Positions 41,025 through 54,982 of a DNA stretch of 64,000 nucleotides are shown here, in pieces. Position numbers and translations under genes: made by a program. Source of the DNA: Octopus vulgaris (taxonomy: Eukaryota); the NCBI GenBank assembly GCA_951406725.2, contig OX597839.1, positions 17,732,001-17,796,000 of the forward strand, given 5' to 3'. The notes beneath the pieces were generated by a model. It did no database searches, was not told the origin of the DNA, and was given only the letters and a program-made list of their open reading frames with translations. Each line of letters starts with the position of its first letter. The stretch's first letter is position 1.

Positions 41025-41450
41025 ATCAGCTCAGTGTGATGAAAGACATTCCATCTGTGGCTTCCCAGAAACATTTGGCTATTACTTTTAGCAGGCTAAG
41101 CAATCATGTAGAAATTCTCCCATCAGTTCAATGTAATGAAAATTATTTCTTTTGTAGCTTCCTACATTTTTTCTCACCAACAATATATCTTTAAGTACAT
41201 AAGCCGATGTTTTCTTCAGTAGGGTGAGGATTGCCAAAGACATTTGGTTGTTATTTTTAGCAGGATGAGCAACCATATAGAGATTCTCCAATCAGCTCAA
41301 TGAGATGAAAGACATTCCATCTATGGCTTCCCACATTATTTTTTCTTGCTAATGTATCCTTCAATAGGGTATGTGGATTTCCAGAGACATTTGGCTGTTA
41401 TTTTTAGCAGGATGAGCAACCATGTAGAAAATCTCTCATCAGCTCAATGA
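41024..41450. repeat. Degenerate tandem repeat (3 units sharing ACATTTGGCTGTTATTTTTAGCAGGATGAGCAACCATGTAGA)
   Basis: The motif recurs at ~41070, 41240 and 41387. Confidence 0.7.
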
Positions 41451-42307
41451 TGTATTTTAATTAATTTTTGTATTGTATCAGAAAGTGAAAAAAACAAAAA
41501 TAAAATAAAACAAAAAAAGATAATTAGTTGTACATCTTTGAATCAGTCTAATCTTATCTTTGACAACATTCCGTTAGTAAACTACTCCACAAAAGTTTCT
41601 CTCTCTTCTCTTTTGTGTTATGGATGTTCAGTAGAATCTTTATAGTATTAAAAAAAAAAAAAAAGAAAAACAGATAAACCATTGAACTATTCACTCAGAG
41701 AATTCACTCAACTTATCTATTTTAGCTTCCTAACCTTTTACAAACATTATTTTTTGGAAAAAAAAAATTTTCAAAAAAATAAAAGAAAAAGTTATATATT
41801 CAAATATTCAATTGTAAACAAAGAGACAAAATAAATTTCAAAAAAGTTTTTCTTTCAAACAAATTTGATGATAGTAATGGTTAGTGGTGATAGTAGTAGT
41901 ACTAGTAGTAGTAGTAGTAATAGTAGTAGTAATGATGATAATCATAATAATAGTGGTGGTGATGATAATACTAATAATGATAATAATAACGATGATGGTG
42001 GTGACGATAGTGATGATGGTGATGCTGATAATCATGATGAATCTGAAGAAATAGTGCAACTTAAATTCTACTTTGGTATGGTAACCCAGACAACCTAACT
42101 TTAACAACATTGGTTTTCTCTCAGATTAAGACACTTATCAAAGAGCTAATTTTAATTTGTCTTTGATTCGCTTAAAGATAAAACTTGTAATCTTAAATAA
42201 AATGTAAAAAAAAAAACATTAAAAATAAAACAAAACGCAAAAAAATTATCATTAATTGATTGCAAAATTAAATTTAAAATGGAATAGATATGCTTAAAGG
42301 TACAGAC

Positions 42308-42357
42308 CAATAATAATAGTAATAATAATAATAATAATGATATTAACAATAATAATA

Positions 42358-42388
<31 letters not shown>

Positions 42389-42522
42389 TAGTAATAATAA
42401 TAATGATGATATTAACAATAATAATAATAATAATATCAATAGTAATAATAATGATATTGACAATAATAATAGTAATAATAATAATGATATTAATGGTGAT
42501 GATGATATAAATAATAATAATG
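42308..42522. repeat. (AAT)n microsatellite with interruptions
   Basis: Seen directly. Confidence 0.95.
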
Positions 42523-43145
42523 TTCTTTTATAATAAGCGTGCAACTGATAAGGGAGTAGTGTAATACGATTTTTAAATATCGGCAACAAAATTACTAAAA
42601 TATCATTTGAAGAATTGTTCCGATTTTATTTCTATTTTTTTTTTCTTTTGTTTCCATGAAATTGCCTAAAATCATTCTAAAATCACTAATCAAATATATA
42701 AGAAGTCTTGATGATGGTGGTGTTGTTATTTAGCACCCAGAGTAGCCCTGATTGAGCAGATTCATAATCAAAGATTCAGCTAAGAACATCCTATTTTTCT
42801 CCAACTAGATTGTTTTTAAAGAGGGCATCATACATTATGAGAATGAATGTCTTGTGATACACCCCCCTATATATATATATATCTTTACTGTTCCAAACAA
42901 GTAGTAGTACAGAAAAATAAAATGAAGTTGAAAATGCACAGAGAATATATGTATGTGTGTGTGTGTGAGTATATGTATATATTTTGAAATTTAAATAAAT
43001 GTACATATATTGTCTGTGTATTTTCAACTTCATTTATTTTTGACACATAAATTATATCTGCAGTTTTTGTATGGAATTTAGAGCCAGCGCTGTAAGTTAC
43101 ATATATGTAAACAATACAAGCAAAGATAGAAAAATAGGTGATGGG

Positions 43146-43192
43146 TGTATATACATGTTTCAGGAGTTATTGTTCCTTCTTCAGTACCACAT
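43146..43192 (-). ncRNA. Minimal type-I hammerhead ribozyme, canonical core
   Basis: Minus strand: TGTGGTA-CTGAAGA-AGGA(acaataac)TCCT-GAA-ACATGT-A-TATACA. Palindromic stem III, GUA site, bulged stem I. Confidence 0.65.
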
Positions 43193-43354
43193 CCAACTCA
43201 TTAACCTTCCACGAATACATTGCTCAAAGAACCACTAAGTTTAGTTGTTTAACACAATTAGATAACCAATTAACAAATGAAACACTTAAAACAAAGAAAA
43301 TAACAAACAGCTAACAGAAAATGGGATACAGTATTGACATATAAACCTTCAATA

Positions 43355-44028
43355 TATTGGGTCATCCCATAAATAATGTGGTTTTTATATACTTCTTTTA
43401 ATTTTTCAAAATTAAGATATACAAAGTTCTTTTTTAATCTAAAATATAATCACCTTCATTTTCTACAATGTTCTTCCATCTATCTGGTAGACTTGCAAGG
43501 CCTCTCTTCCAAAATTCACTTGTCCATCGTAAAAAATACTCTTGTGACCTCGTCTACAAAATTCATATTTTTTCTGTCCAAATGATTTTGAAGACTGTGG
43601 AATAACTGATAATCAGATGGGGCAATGTCTGGTGAATATGGTGGGTGGGGTATCGTTTCCCATTCAAACTGCTCCAGCCTTTGAAATGTCATCTTTGCTG
43701 TATGTGGCAGAGCATTATCCTGATGGAGGAACACCTTTCATCTTGAAACCAAAGATGGTCGTTTTTTTTCTTGCACTGACTTAAGCTGCTCAAGCTGCTT
43801 GCAGTAGATTTCCTCTGTTATTGTTTGGTTTGGGTTTAAAAGTTTTAAGTGGACCAAACCTTTCATATCCCACCAAACAGATAACAACACCTTAAGTGGA
43901 TGAAGACCTTCTTTAGCCTGGGGTACCAGTATTTTTCCTTTCCTTACCCACTGTCTTCAGCACTTGACATTTTTATAGAGAACCCATTTCTTGTCACCAG
44001 TCACTATTCAGTCTGAAAAAGGTTCATA
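43355..44028 (-). pseudogene. Mariner (DD34D) transposase, catalytic half with one TIR
   Basis: IVTGDKKWVLYKN, HQDNALPHTA, HPPYSPDIAPSDYQLFHSLQNHL, DRWKNIVENEGDYILD*. TIR TA-TTGGGTCATCCCATAAATAATG. Stops and frameshifts present. Confidence 0.93.
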
Positions 44029-44222
44029 GAAGGGAAAACAAAATAGTGGAAAATCCAACATTTGTCAGGAAGGTTCTGAAACAGCATGCATTCTCTCCTG
44101 ACCTCGTAAGCCTGCTAGCATCTGGTATGCAGAGCTTTTAACTGGTGGCACTTGCATATGCAAGTTGTTTGCAAAAAAATATATATATAAACACACTACA
44201 TGTACATATGTTGGATGTGTAC

Positions 44223-44253
<31 letters not shown>

Positions 44254-44294
44254 CATGCATGCATGCATGCATGCATGTATGTGTGTGCGTATAT

Positions 44295-44632
44295 GTGACC
44301 CCCTTCAGTCACAACACTGACCATGGGATTGCACCTAGAAAGTTACCCTCCTAGTCACAAGTCTGGGCAAGGTCGTTTATAGAAGACCAGCAGTCGCCCA
44401 TGCATACCGGCCTCCCCTCTCTACGCCACCAGTGTTATTCAAGGGAAAAGCAGCAGCCGATACAGCTTGGCACCCGTGACATTGCAACTCATTTCTACAG
44501 CTGAGTTAACTGGAGTAACGTAAAATAAAGTGTCTTGCTCAAGAACACAACACACAGCCCAGCCCAGGATTCGAGCTCACAACCTCATGATTGTAAGCTC
44601 GACACTCTAACCACTGAGCTACGCGCCTTCAT
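44295..44632 (-). mobile_element. tRNA-derived SINE family D (V-domain-like)
   Basis: Minus strand: GGCGCGTAGCTCAGTGGTTAGAG (A box), GAGCTCGAATCC (B box), GTGTTGTGTTCTTGAGCAAGACACTT. Related fragments at ~25885-26110, 44680-44970 and 51040-51200. Confidence 0.75.
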
Positions 44633-45436
44633 GCGTATATACATACATACATACATACATGCATACACAGGCTTTTCTGTGAGGTCACATGCCTTAGAGG
44701 TTAGGGTGTTGCACTCATGATTTAGTAATCATGATTTCAATTCCTAGACTGGGTGGTGCATTGTGTACCTGAGAAAAACACTTCATCTCATGTTGCTCTG
44801 TGATGACTTCGACACCTGACATGTGGTACACTGTGCAACTGTTCAGATAACATTAATTTGTTGGAGAGAGTGAGCTAATGTGCAGCACAAACGTTTAATC
44901 ACTCTAGGCAAATCATTTGTACAGGTCGCTCAGCAAAAGCTGAATGCTCATTCGTCATCTTCAACAGGAGAGTCCATCATATATACAGGCTTTTGTACAG
45001 TTTCTCTCTTCTATATTTCACTCCAAGGTATTTGTCAGCCCAAAGTGCCATGCAGTGGAACTGAACCCCAAAACCATATGGCTGCAAAGCAAATTTCTTG
45101 ATCACACAACCATGTCTTTGTTTTGCTTGCATGAGTATCAGTATCACTGTAGAAAATGTAAATATATCTTCAACACTCACCAGATAAGCGACAAGTGTAG
45201 GTGCTTAGTTTTAATTTCATGGTAAATGCATAAATAGACTCCAGGGAAGGAATTAGAAATCCTTGAAGACCACTTTAAATTATGTGTAATCTAATAAGGT
45301 CTCAGTTTAGAACAATTTATTAAATATTCAGAGAAAATGTAATTTCGGATAATGTCGAAATGTAATTATATGTATTAAAGAAATGAAAATGTAAGGTGTC
45401 CTTTTAATGATATTTTTTATGAATATAAGACAGTTA

Positions 45437-45470
<34 letters not shown>

Positions 45471-45471
45471 T

Positions 45472-45590
45472 TACAAGATAAGGGCAGAAGAAAAATTCTA
45501 ATGCCAGATACGCCGAAACAAAAAATTGTCAACAATTTTTTGTTTCGGCGTATCTGGCATTAGAATTTTTTCTTCTGCCCTTATCTTGTA
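45472..45590. repeat. Near-perfect palindrome, ~58-bp arms, 2-nt loop
   Basis: TACAAGATAAGGGCAGAAG...AAAAAATTGT-CA-ACAATTTTTT...CTTCTGCCCTTATCTTGTA, with one homopolymer indel. Adjacent to (TA)n. Confidence 0.95.
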
Positions 45591-45871
45591 CGTTATGTAT
45601 AAATTTTACCTTTAAAGGCATTTTTTGATATGCTGGCCATTGATAAAATTTTTCTCCCGAAAAAATTTTATCCTATATCAATTATATTGTTTTTTGTTTT
45701 TGTTTTTGTTTTCCAGTTTCAGCTCTTGAGCTGTGGCCATGCTTACAGCAGGGATCACCACCCCTGCCGGAGCCTCGTAGAGCTTTTAGGTGTTTTCGCT
45801 CAATAAACACACACAACGCCCGGTCTGAGAATCGAAACCGCTGCGACCGCGATAACCACTAGGCCATTGCG

Positions 45872-45917
<46 letters not shown>

Positions 45918-48900
45918 GCTTTCAAATTTGGCACAAGGCCAGCAAGTTTAGGGGAGAGCGTTAGTTGGTTACATCTACCCCAGTGCTCAACTGGTACTTA
46001 TTTTATTGATCCTGAAAGGACGAAATCTGAAGTCAACTTCAGCAGCATTTGAACTCAGAATGTACAGATAAAATGTTGTTAAGCATGCTAACAGTTCTGC
46101 CAGTTTGCTGCCTTGGAATATATATAATGCTATATGTTATCTGCAGAAACGAAGTGGGATTTTATGCAAAAATCCTTCCTTGCTAATGATTTTGCATTTT
46201 AGTTTTTTGTTTACTTTCTGTATAGGTGTAGCTGTGTGGTAAGGAGTTTGCTTCCCAACCACATGGTTTCAAGTTCAGTCCCACTACAAGTCACCATGAG
46301 CAAATGTCTTTTACTATAGCCCTAAGCTGACTAAAGCCCTGTGAGTGGATTTGGTAGACAGAAATTGAAAGAAGCCTCTTCTACACACAAACTTTCACAC
46401 ACACACACACACACACATACATGCACATGCTTGTGTGTGTAACTGTATATGTGCGTATGTGTCATCTCTCTGCCTTGACATTATGTGGTAGTTCTGTGTG
46501 TCACCAAATCTGTCCTTTATTCCCGGTCCACCATGAAATCATGTCTGGCTGTGGGGAACCTTATTTGAAAACAAATAAGAGCTGGCAACAGGAAGGGTGT
46601 CCTGCCATAAAAAAATCCACCTCAGCAAATACTGTTCAACCCATGCAAGTATGGAAAAGTGGATGTTGAAACAATGATGGTGGTGATGATGAAGATGATG
46701 ATAGTGATAATAAATGTACAAAGATAAATAGTTTCTTGATGCCAATATTTCTGAGACTAAGAGTGAAGTCTGGAAAAAGCCAATCAAACACATTTATTCG
46801 TTTGTTTTATTCATTTACTTATTTTTCTTAGTTAATTTGAAATGAATAGAATTTATTTTTCATTCCATGATTTTTGTTCTTTTGTTTTGCCTGCGGAGTG
46901 GTGGGGGGCAGGGGTAGTTATGAGTGTGGCGCGGGGGTGGGGTGGGGTGGAGTAGGAGGAGTGGGAGGGGCAGGGAGTGGTTTAATTTTGGCAAAAACGA
47001 AAAGGAAAAAAAAAAAACCATTTAGAAATTATTGAATTATTTAAAAAAAAACATGGTTACAGAAATACATGTTACAACCATACTATTGCTATTATTACTA
47101 ATACTACTACAACTACTGCTACCACTACTATACTCAAAATATGGCTTAATTATTTATGCATTTCATTAATGTCTTGCAAAGATACTTTATTAGTAGTAGT
47201 AGTAGTAGTAGTAGTAGTAGCAGCAGCAGCAATTTATAGATAATTATAACAAGCTAAGCTGTATGAAGAATCACAGAGAAGTGAAGAGGAGAAGGAGGAA
47301 GAATAAGAAGAGAAGATGAGGAGGAGGAGAAGGTGGAGGTAGGCAGAACAGGAGGAGGAAGAAGAAGAGGAGGAGGATAGAAGAAGAGGCAGAGGAGGAG
47401 GGGCTGATATGATATGATACGATGCTACGATATAACGATACAACACGAAAACTTAACACATTATTGCTAAATTCTCGAGAATTGTCCAAACATAAAGGAA
47501 TAAAATTTTTTGCTGAAATAATGAGATAAGATAAAAATAGAATATTTTTGTGTCTAGACATAATGATTACATTGAACTTGCCATTAACATAGATAAAAAC
47601 TTAATCAAATGATCTCTGCTGCTTTTGTTTTTGGTTTTTGTGTGGTCTTTGTTGTTACTGCTGCTGCACTTTATTTTTATTTTATTTATCGTCTTGACTT
47701 GCAGTTAGTTACTTTGAAAGCTCGAATATATTTGTCTCATGTTTTTTTTGTTTTTTTCTGATTGGCACAGACAACATAAAAAAAAAAAATAAGCGAGGGA
47801 AGGTCTGTGAAAAAGTAAAAATAAAGTAAAATAAAACAAATAAAACAAACAAAAAAACAATTGCTGTTGCCTATCAGGCAATAAGTTATATAGGAAATAG
47901 CTGTTAGTTTAGTTCTTTGTGTGTGTGTTTGTGTGTGCATGATATTTGTGGAGGGTGAGGAATTAGCTTTTTTTGTTGTTGTTTCTTTGTTTCTTTTCGA
48001 GATGATACAAATCAAAGATAAGATAAAGGCAGGCGAGTAATGAAAAATTATAAAAATTTATATCTATTTTAATATCTCTGTATTCTTTCTATATTGCGTT
48101 ATGTATATATTATAGTATGTATTCTTTATATATTATGTTGGTGGGTCGGTGGGTGGCAGTGAATTAGCAGTCAGTCATTGGAACATTGGATAAAAAAATG
48201 CTTTTCAGTCTTTCTTCTTCCAGCACATGGCTGCATATCCCAGGTTCAAATCCTGCCAAGTTTAGCTTGGCTTTTTTTTTTTTATCCTTTTGGGGTTGAT
48301 AATTAAAACTAACAGCCCTGATAGATTGAGATACATGTTTGAATATCAGATTGTATACTGTGTGCTATGTGTTCCAGCTCTCTGTACTCTCCTTTCAAAT
48401 CTTGTCAAGGTCAACTCTGACTCTCGAGTTTCCAAGGTTTCAATAAAGAAAATATCAATCAGACACTGGAGTAAATTCTTTGCTCCCCCTCCCCTCTCTC
48501 TCTCTCTCTCTCCTTCTCTCTCTAAGGGTTTCATTTTTAATCTCTACCTCCTCTCCTTTCTCTCTCTGCAGTTATCATTCTCTCTCTCTCTCTTAGGGTT
48601 ACAGTTTTAACCTCTACCTTCTCTCTTTCCTCACTCTACATTTATCTCTCTCTCTCTCTCTCCCTCTCTCAAACCAAAAGAAGTTTAAACAGGAATTTGA
48701 ACCTAGAACACACAGACCCAGGATAGCTACCACAAGACATCCATCTGATGCTCTACCAATTCTACCAATCCACTGCACTGGCTTGATACTTTATTTATCA
48801 ACCCAAAATAGATGAAAAATAACGTTGACCTTACCCAGGATTTGAACTCAGAGTAAAGAGAGCTAGAGCAAATACAACATGAGGCACTTCATCTGATGCT

Positions 48901-51900
48901 GTAAAGGATTCTGCCAATCTTCCACCTTAAGTTTATTAAGAGGTCTCTGTTCAAGGCACCCAAGGGTAGGGCTGTTAAATCATGTGACATCCAAGAAAGA
49001 TTCAATTGACAAAATAGATTTCCACAAAATGCCCGTTTAACCTAATTTCATTAACAAAATTTCAGTCAGTCCAAGACCATGGTAGAAGACATTTGAACCC
49101 AGAACCTCATGACTGTGAAATACCAGACTTGATCATCATCACATCATCATCATCCCCACCACTACTACTGTTATCATCATTATTGTCATTATCATCATCT
49201 TCACTAGCAAAACCATCATCACCATCATCATTGTTCTATGTCCACTCTTCTATACAGGTATCAGTTTGATGGATGAGTTTTCTGAGAAAGTATTTTACAA
49301 TTATATATGAGTGACAGAAGCAGTATTAATATCAAGAGGTAATATTTATTCCCACTTAAACATGGACATTCTATTAGAGCAAACTTTACAATTGGATGTC
49401 TTTCCTATCTATATCTACTCTTTTAGTCATCTTGTTTTGACATGTAGAGCAGAGATGTTGTGTACTTTTTCTAAAATGGAGATGCATTTCTGTTAATTTT
49501 AAAAACAGTTAAGAATTGGATGTAAAATAGATAGTACAATAGACAGCATCTGCGTTATTATCCTGATAGCTGTAAAATAACTTTACAAAAAGTGCATTAC
49601 CGTCATTTTCACATTCATTTTTATTTTTTACTGTACTTGCATGGGTTAGATGAGATTTATTAAGGTAGGGCTTTATGGCCAGATGCTCTTATTTCTTTAT
49701 TCACCATACAGTTGTACATATAAAGACAGAACATCACGAATGATTTTACATGAATGTGTGTTGGGGTCTATTAAAAATTTACAAATGATTATATAAAACG
49801 GATGATAGGACATTTTTTACACAAACAATTTCACAGATGGAGTGGGGCGGGCTTACAGACCCCACGAACCCCGCCACGACACTGATCTTAGGTTTTTTTT
49901 TCCTTTTTTTTTACTGGCTTACCTCGCATTCATGAGGGTCCTTTTACTCACAACATTCTTCCATCTTTCATCAAACACTTTCTTACTCAGGCCCCTCCTC
50001 TCTAGATGCTCTTCCTTGTGACAACCTTTAACTTGTTTTCAAGTAAGGTAATTTTATTTCACTACAAGATGTAGTTTTCTACCAGAGCCTTACACCTAAC
50101 ATATGAAAACATTTGGAAACACAAATATACCATTCGAGCATGATTGTTACCAACGTCACTTCACTGGCACCTGTGCCGGTAGCACGTGTAAAAAGATTCG
50201 AGCGAGGTCATTGCCAGTACCGCCTGACTGGCCCCTGTGCATGTGGCATGTAAAAAGCACCCACTACGCTCTCGGAGTGGTTGGCGTTAGGAAGGGCATC
50301 CAGCTGTAGAAACTCTGCCAGATCAAGACTGGAGCCTGGTGCAGCCATCTGGTTTGCCAGCCCTCAGTCAAAACCGTCCAACCCATGCTAGCATAGAAAA
50401 CGGATGTTAAATGATGATGATGATAATGATGATGATACATACATGCATGTCCATACGCATATTAATATGTATTCAATTACACTGATAAACGTTCCAGTTG
50501 AGCTGATTGATGAAACAGTCTATTTGTGAAATTAACATGCAAGTGGCAAAGCACTCCACAGATATGCACACCCTTCATGTAGTTCTCAGGGAGATTCAGC
50601 ATGACGCATCATCATCGTTTAACATCCGCTTTCCATGCTAGCATGGATTGGACGATTTTGACTGAGGGCATGCAAACCAGATGGTTGCACCAGGCTCCAA
50701 TCTTGATTTGGCAGAGTTTCTACAGCTGGATGCCCTTCCTAATGCCAACCACTCCGAGAATGTAGTGGGTGCTTTTTATGTATCACCGGCACGGGAGCAA
50801 GTCAGGCGGTACTGGCAACGACCTCGCTCGAATCCTTTTACACATGCCACCAGCACAGGTGCCAGTAAGGCAATGTTGGTAACGATCACACTCAAACGGT
50901 GCCCTTTTATGTGCCACTGGCACGGAAGCCAGTTATCTGCTCTGGCAACGATCACGCTCGGATGGTGCTCTTGGCACCCTACTAGCACGGGCACAAGTGC
51001 CAGTAAGGCGACGCTGGTAACGATCACACTCGAATGTAACAAAGATGGCCCTTTGAATGAATTAGAGATACTACTTATTTTTTGCCATGTAAGTAGACTG
51101 GAGCAATGTGAAATGTCTTGCTGAAAGACACAATGCACCAGCAGGTATTGAACTTGCAATCTTACACTCATGAGCCGAATATCCTAACCACTTTGCCACA
51201 TGACTTCTTTCTGTCTCAGGTGTGTTGTTATCAAATTGACCAGGAAGTCATGCCTGCATCCACATAGTAGTGGCTCCACGGTTGTTGAGTAACTGAACTC
51301 TCTCATAACAACATCACAGACACCAGCCAGCCTTAAAGTGTAACAGTATTTACCACTAATCATAACAGATAGAAACTGAAGAATCATTTGAAACAATCAT
51401 TTGTCATTTTCGCTGCTAAATTTAGGATTTTAACACCATAGATTAGCTTCCAATACTAATACCACAGAAGCAATTTTATCACAGACCTCTAAATATTTCT
51501 TAAGTTTTGACGTGTTTTATTTATTTTCTTTTTTATCTTTCATGTTCCAGTGTAACCTCTCTAAAATTGCTTGTTTTGTTTTGTTTTGTTTTGTTTTTTT
51601 ATTTATGTCACTGACTGCCTGTTTGTTTTTACGTAAGGTCAAATATTCTGACAGCCAACATATGGCCATCTTTCTGCTCTCAACTAACCTTTAAGATTAC
51701 AAAATATTTCTTCTATTAAGACACACGTCTTTGTCTGTTGAAGACGGGATTGTTTTTTTTTGGTTTTTGTAATTGTTTGTTTTCGTACTTTCTTCTTAAC
51801 TTTTATATATTTTTATATTTTCTCTTTTATTTCCATTCTTTATGAAGATAAATTCTACGTGTATCAATTTCATAAAAAAAAAAATGGTTCAATCTATTTC

Positions 51901-52029
51901 CAATCATGACTTTACTATGAAGTTGATATTTATGTATGTATGTGTGTGTGTGCGTGTCTGGTGTGAGTGTATGTGTGTGCATGTGTGTGTGTGTATCTGT
52001 TTATGAGTGTATATATGTGTGTTTGTGTG

Positions 52030-52067
<38 letters not shown>

Positions 52068-52825
52068 TGTCTATATATGTGTGTATGTATATATACATAT
52101 ACATATTTGTATATGAGCGTGTATATATGTATATATACATATACATATTTGTATATGAGCGTGTATATATGTGCATGTGTGCATATGTGTATATATATAC
52201 ATATATATCTGTGTGAGTGTGTATGTATAAACTTATGCTACTTTATAAAGATTGTGTCATCTTCCCAGAAAAAACTGCATCATATCAAACCAATAAGCAA
52301 TATTTTACACAGTCATTCATTCTGCTGAAAGTAGCAGTTAAATCTCCCTCAAACCACAAACTACCATCTTCCAAAAAAAAAATGGGAAAATATATAATGG
52401 ACAATGTAACCCCTCAATATATAAGAAGATAAAATGGTCATAAGTAGAACACTTTTGATGGTAGTTATATCAATAATAATAAAAAAATATTTGATAATAA
52501 TAATAATAATAATAATAATAATTAATAATAATGGTTTCAAATTTTGGAACAAGGCCAGAAGTTTTGAGGGAGTGGGTAAGTCAATTACATTGACCCAGTG
52601 CTCAACTGATACTTACTTTATTGACCCCAAAAGAATGAAGGGCAAAGTCAACCTATAATAAAAAATAATATCTGAAAAGAGAGATAGCATGAATGTGGAA
52701 CTTGAAAAAAGAAAAAGTCCTTATAATAAAAGATATGTTTAAAAAAACATACAGACTAGTACATAACCAAAGCTCCAGGTCTTAGGAATATGTATAACAT
52801 ACAGAAAGAAGTACTGCTAGGCAAT

Positions 52826-52893
<68 letters not shown>

Positions 52894-53029
52894 CATATAT
52901 ATATATATAACATATATATATATATATATATATATAATAAAGGTGAGAAATTAGATATTAATTTAATTGACATCGATTTCACTCCAGTGGTCTAGCATAA
53001 AAAAACTGAAGGTTCAGTAAAACTGTATT

Positions 53030-53232
53030 ATATATATATTAGAGGGAAGCCACCAAGTGGACGCCCATATGCTAGAGAAATAGATCTGCTACTGTCTCAC
53101 CACCAAGAAATGTTCTCAAGAACATCTTTGCTAAATTTTTCTTGAGAACATTTCTTGGTGGTAAGACCGTAGCGGATCTATTTCTAGCATATGGGTGTCC
53201 ACTTGATGGCTTCCCTCTAATATATATATATA
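53030..53232. repeat. Fold-back element in (TA)n, ~90-bp arms
   Basis: ATTAGAGGGAAGCCACCAAGTGGAC...TTCTCAAGAA / TTCTTGAGAA...GTCCACTTGATGGCTTCCCTCTAAT. Confidence 0.92.
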
Positions 53233-53547
53233 TATCCCTTTCAATACAGCGTGTATCCAAAGCCCACAGAATTGTGCCCAGTAGTACAGTGAAAGTTCAC
53301 AATGCAAATCAGACGACTGAACAATAATAATGGCTTCAAATTTTGACACAAGGCCAGCAATTTTTTAGGAAGGGTGAATTGATTACAATGACCCCTGTGC
53401 TCAATTGGTATTTATTTTATCAACTCTGAAATGTTAAAAGACAAAGTCAACCTCAGTGGAATTTGAACTAGGAACATAAGGACAAGCAAAATGCCACTGA
53501 GCATTTTGTCTGAGCATGCTAACAATTCTAGTGGTTTGCCACCTTAA

Positions 53548-53549
53548 TA

Positions 53550-53629
<80 letters not shown>

Positions 53630-53660
53630 AATAATAACAATAATAATAATAATAATAATA
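53548..53660. repeat. (GAT)n followed by (AAT)n
   Basis: Seen directly. Confidence 0.97.
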
Positions 53661-54648
53661 CAAACAAGAAATCATACTACCTAATAAACATGAAGAAGAA
53701 GAAGAAGAAGATGAAGAAACAACAAAAGCCATAAAACAAATGAAATCCAAACTAAAAGTAGAACAGCAACGAACCATGATAAAACGATGGCAAGAAAAGC
53801 CCCTTCATGGTAAATACTGGACTAAACTAAACGCAAAAGAAATAGACAAAGAAAAATCCCAGCAATGGTTGAGAAGCTCAGGACTCAAAGCAGAGACAGA
53901 GGGATTTTTAATTGCAGCACAAGACCAAAGCCTCCCCACCAGAAATTACCAAAAACATGTAATGAAAAGAAATATTACAAGTAACTGCAGAATATGTGGA
54001 GATGGACAAGAAACAATAAATCATATTATCTCTAGCTGCCCAGTCCTGGCTAAGAAGGAATATATTCACAGACATGACAGAGTTGGAACCTACATACATT
54101 GGAAGCTATGCCAACATTATGGAATAACAACAGAAAAAAGATGGTATAGGCACACACCAGAAAAGGTCACAGAAAACGAGAAAGCAACCATACTCTGGGA
54201 TATGCCGATACACACAGATAGAGAAATTAAGGCCAACAGACCAGATATAGTTGTCAGAGATCATGAAGAAAAAAATGCTTTCTAATTGATGTATCAATAC
54301 CGGCAGATGACAACGTGTCTCTAAAAGAAATGGAGAAACTCTCAAAATACAAAGACCTGGAAATGGAGGTAACTAGAATGTGGAATCTGAAAACAGAAAC
54401 AATTCCTATCATAGTAGGTGCATTAGGCATGATAAAAAAATATTCAGACAAATACATAACAAAAACACCAGGACTTACAAACACATATAACATACAGAAA
54501 ATTGCACTACTAGGCACTGCACACATCCTACGCAGAACACTTTCCATACAATAACCATCAGAGCATCACAACAAATCACAGCACATACCCAAGGTACACA
54601 GAGCTGCGCTCGGTAGTGAAGTGAAAGCACGCTATAAAAATAAAACTA

Positions 54649-54652
<4 letters not shown>
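53661..54652 (+). mobile_element. 5'-truncated R4/Dong-like non-LTR retrotransposon (zinc knuckle + restriction-like endonuclease) inserted in (AAT)n
   Basis: CRICGDGQETINHIISSC (CCHC), RHD, NRPDIVV, then after a frameshift in an A-run (~54270) LIDVSIP..KEMEKLSKY..IPIIVGALG..IQKIALLGTAHILR, stop at 54554. About 100 bp of UTR follows, with (AAT)n on both sides. Confidence 0.92.
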
Positions 54653-54683
<31 letters not shown>

Positions 54684-54921
54684 CAACAATAATAATCTTT
54701 TCTACTATAGGCACAATGCCTGAAATTTTGGGGAAAGGGGTAAGTTGGTTACATCAACCCCAGTACTTGATTGGCACTTATTTCATTGACACCTCCAAGA
54801 ATGTAAAGCAAAGCTGACCTCAACAGAATCTGAGCTCAAAACCTAAGGGCAGAGGAAATGCCACTGAACAATTTAATCCAGTGTGCTAAACAGTTCTGCT
54901 GCCTCAGTAATAATAATGATG

Positions 54922-54982
<61 letters not shown>

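Noticed and set aside
41838-42110. S/D/N-rich or T/I-rich ORFs
   Set aside because: Mixed trinucleotide low-complexity tract with no splice or homology support.
50681-51171. 147-aa and 131-aa overlapping ORFs
   Set aside because: They lie within family-C repeat units, and the frames are not preserved in the paralogous copy at 38.6-39.0 kb.
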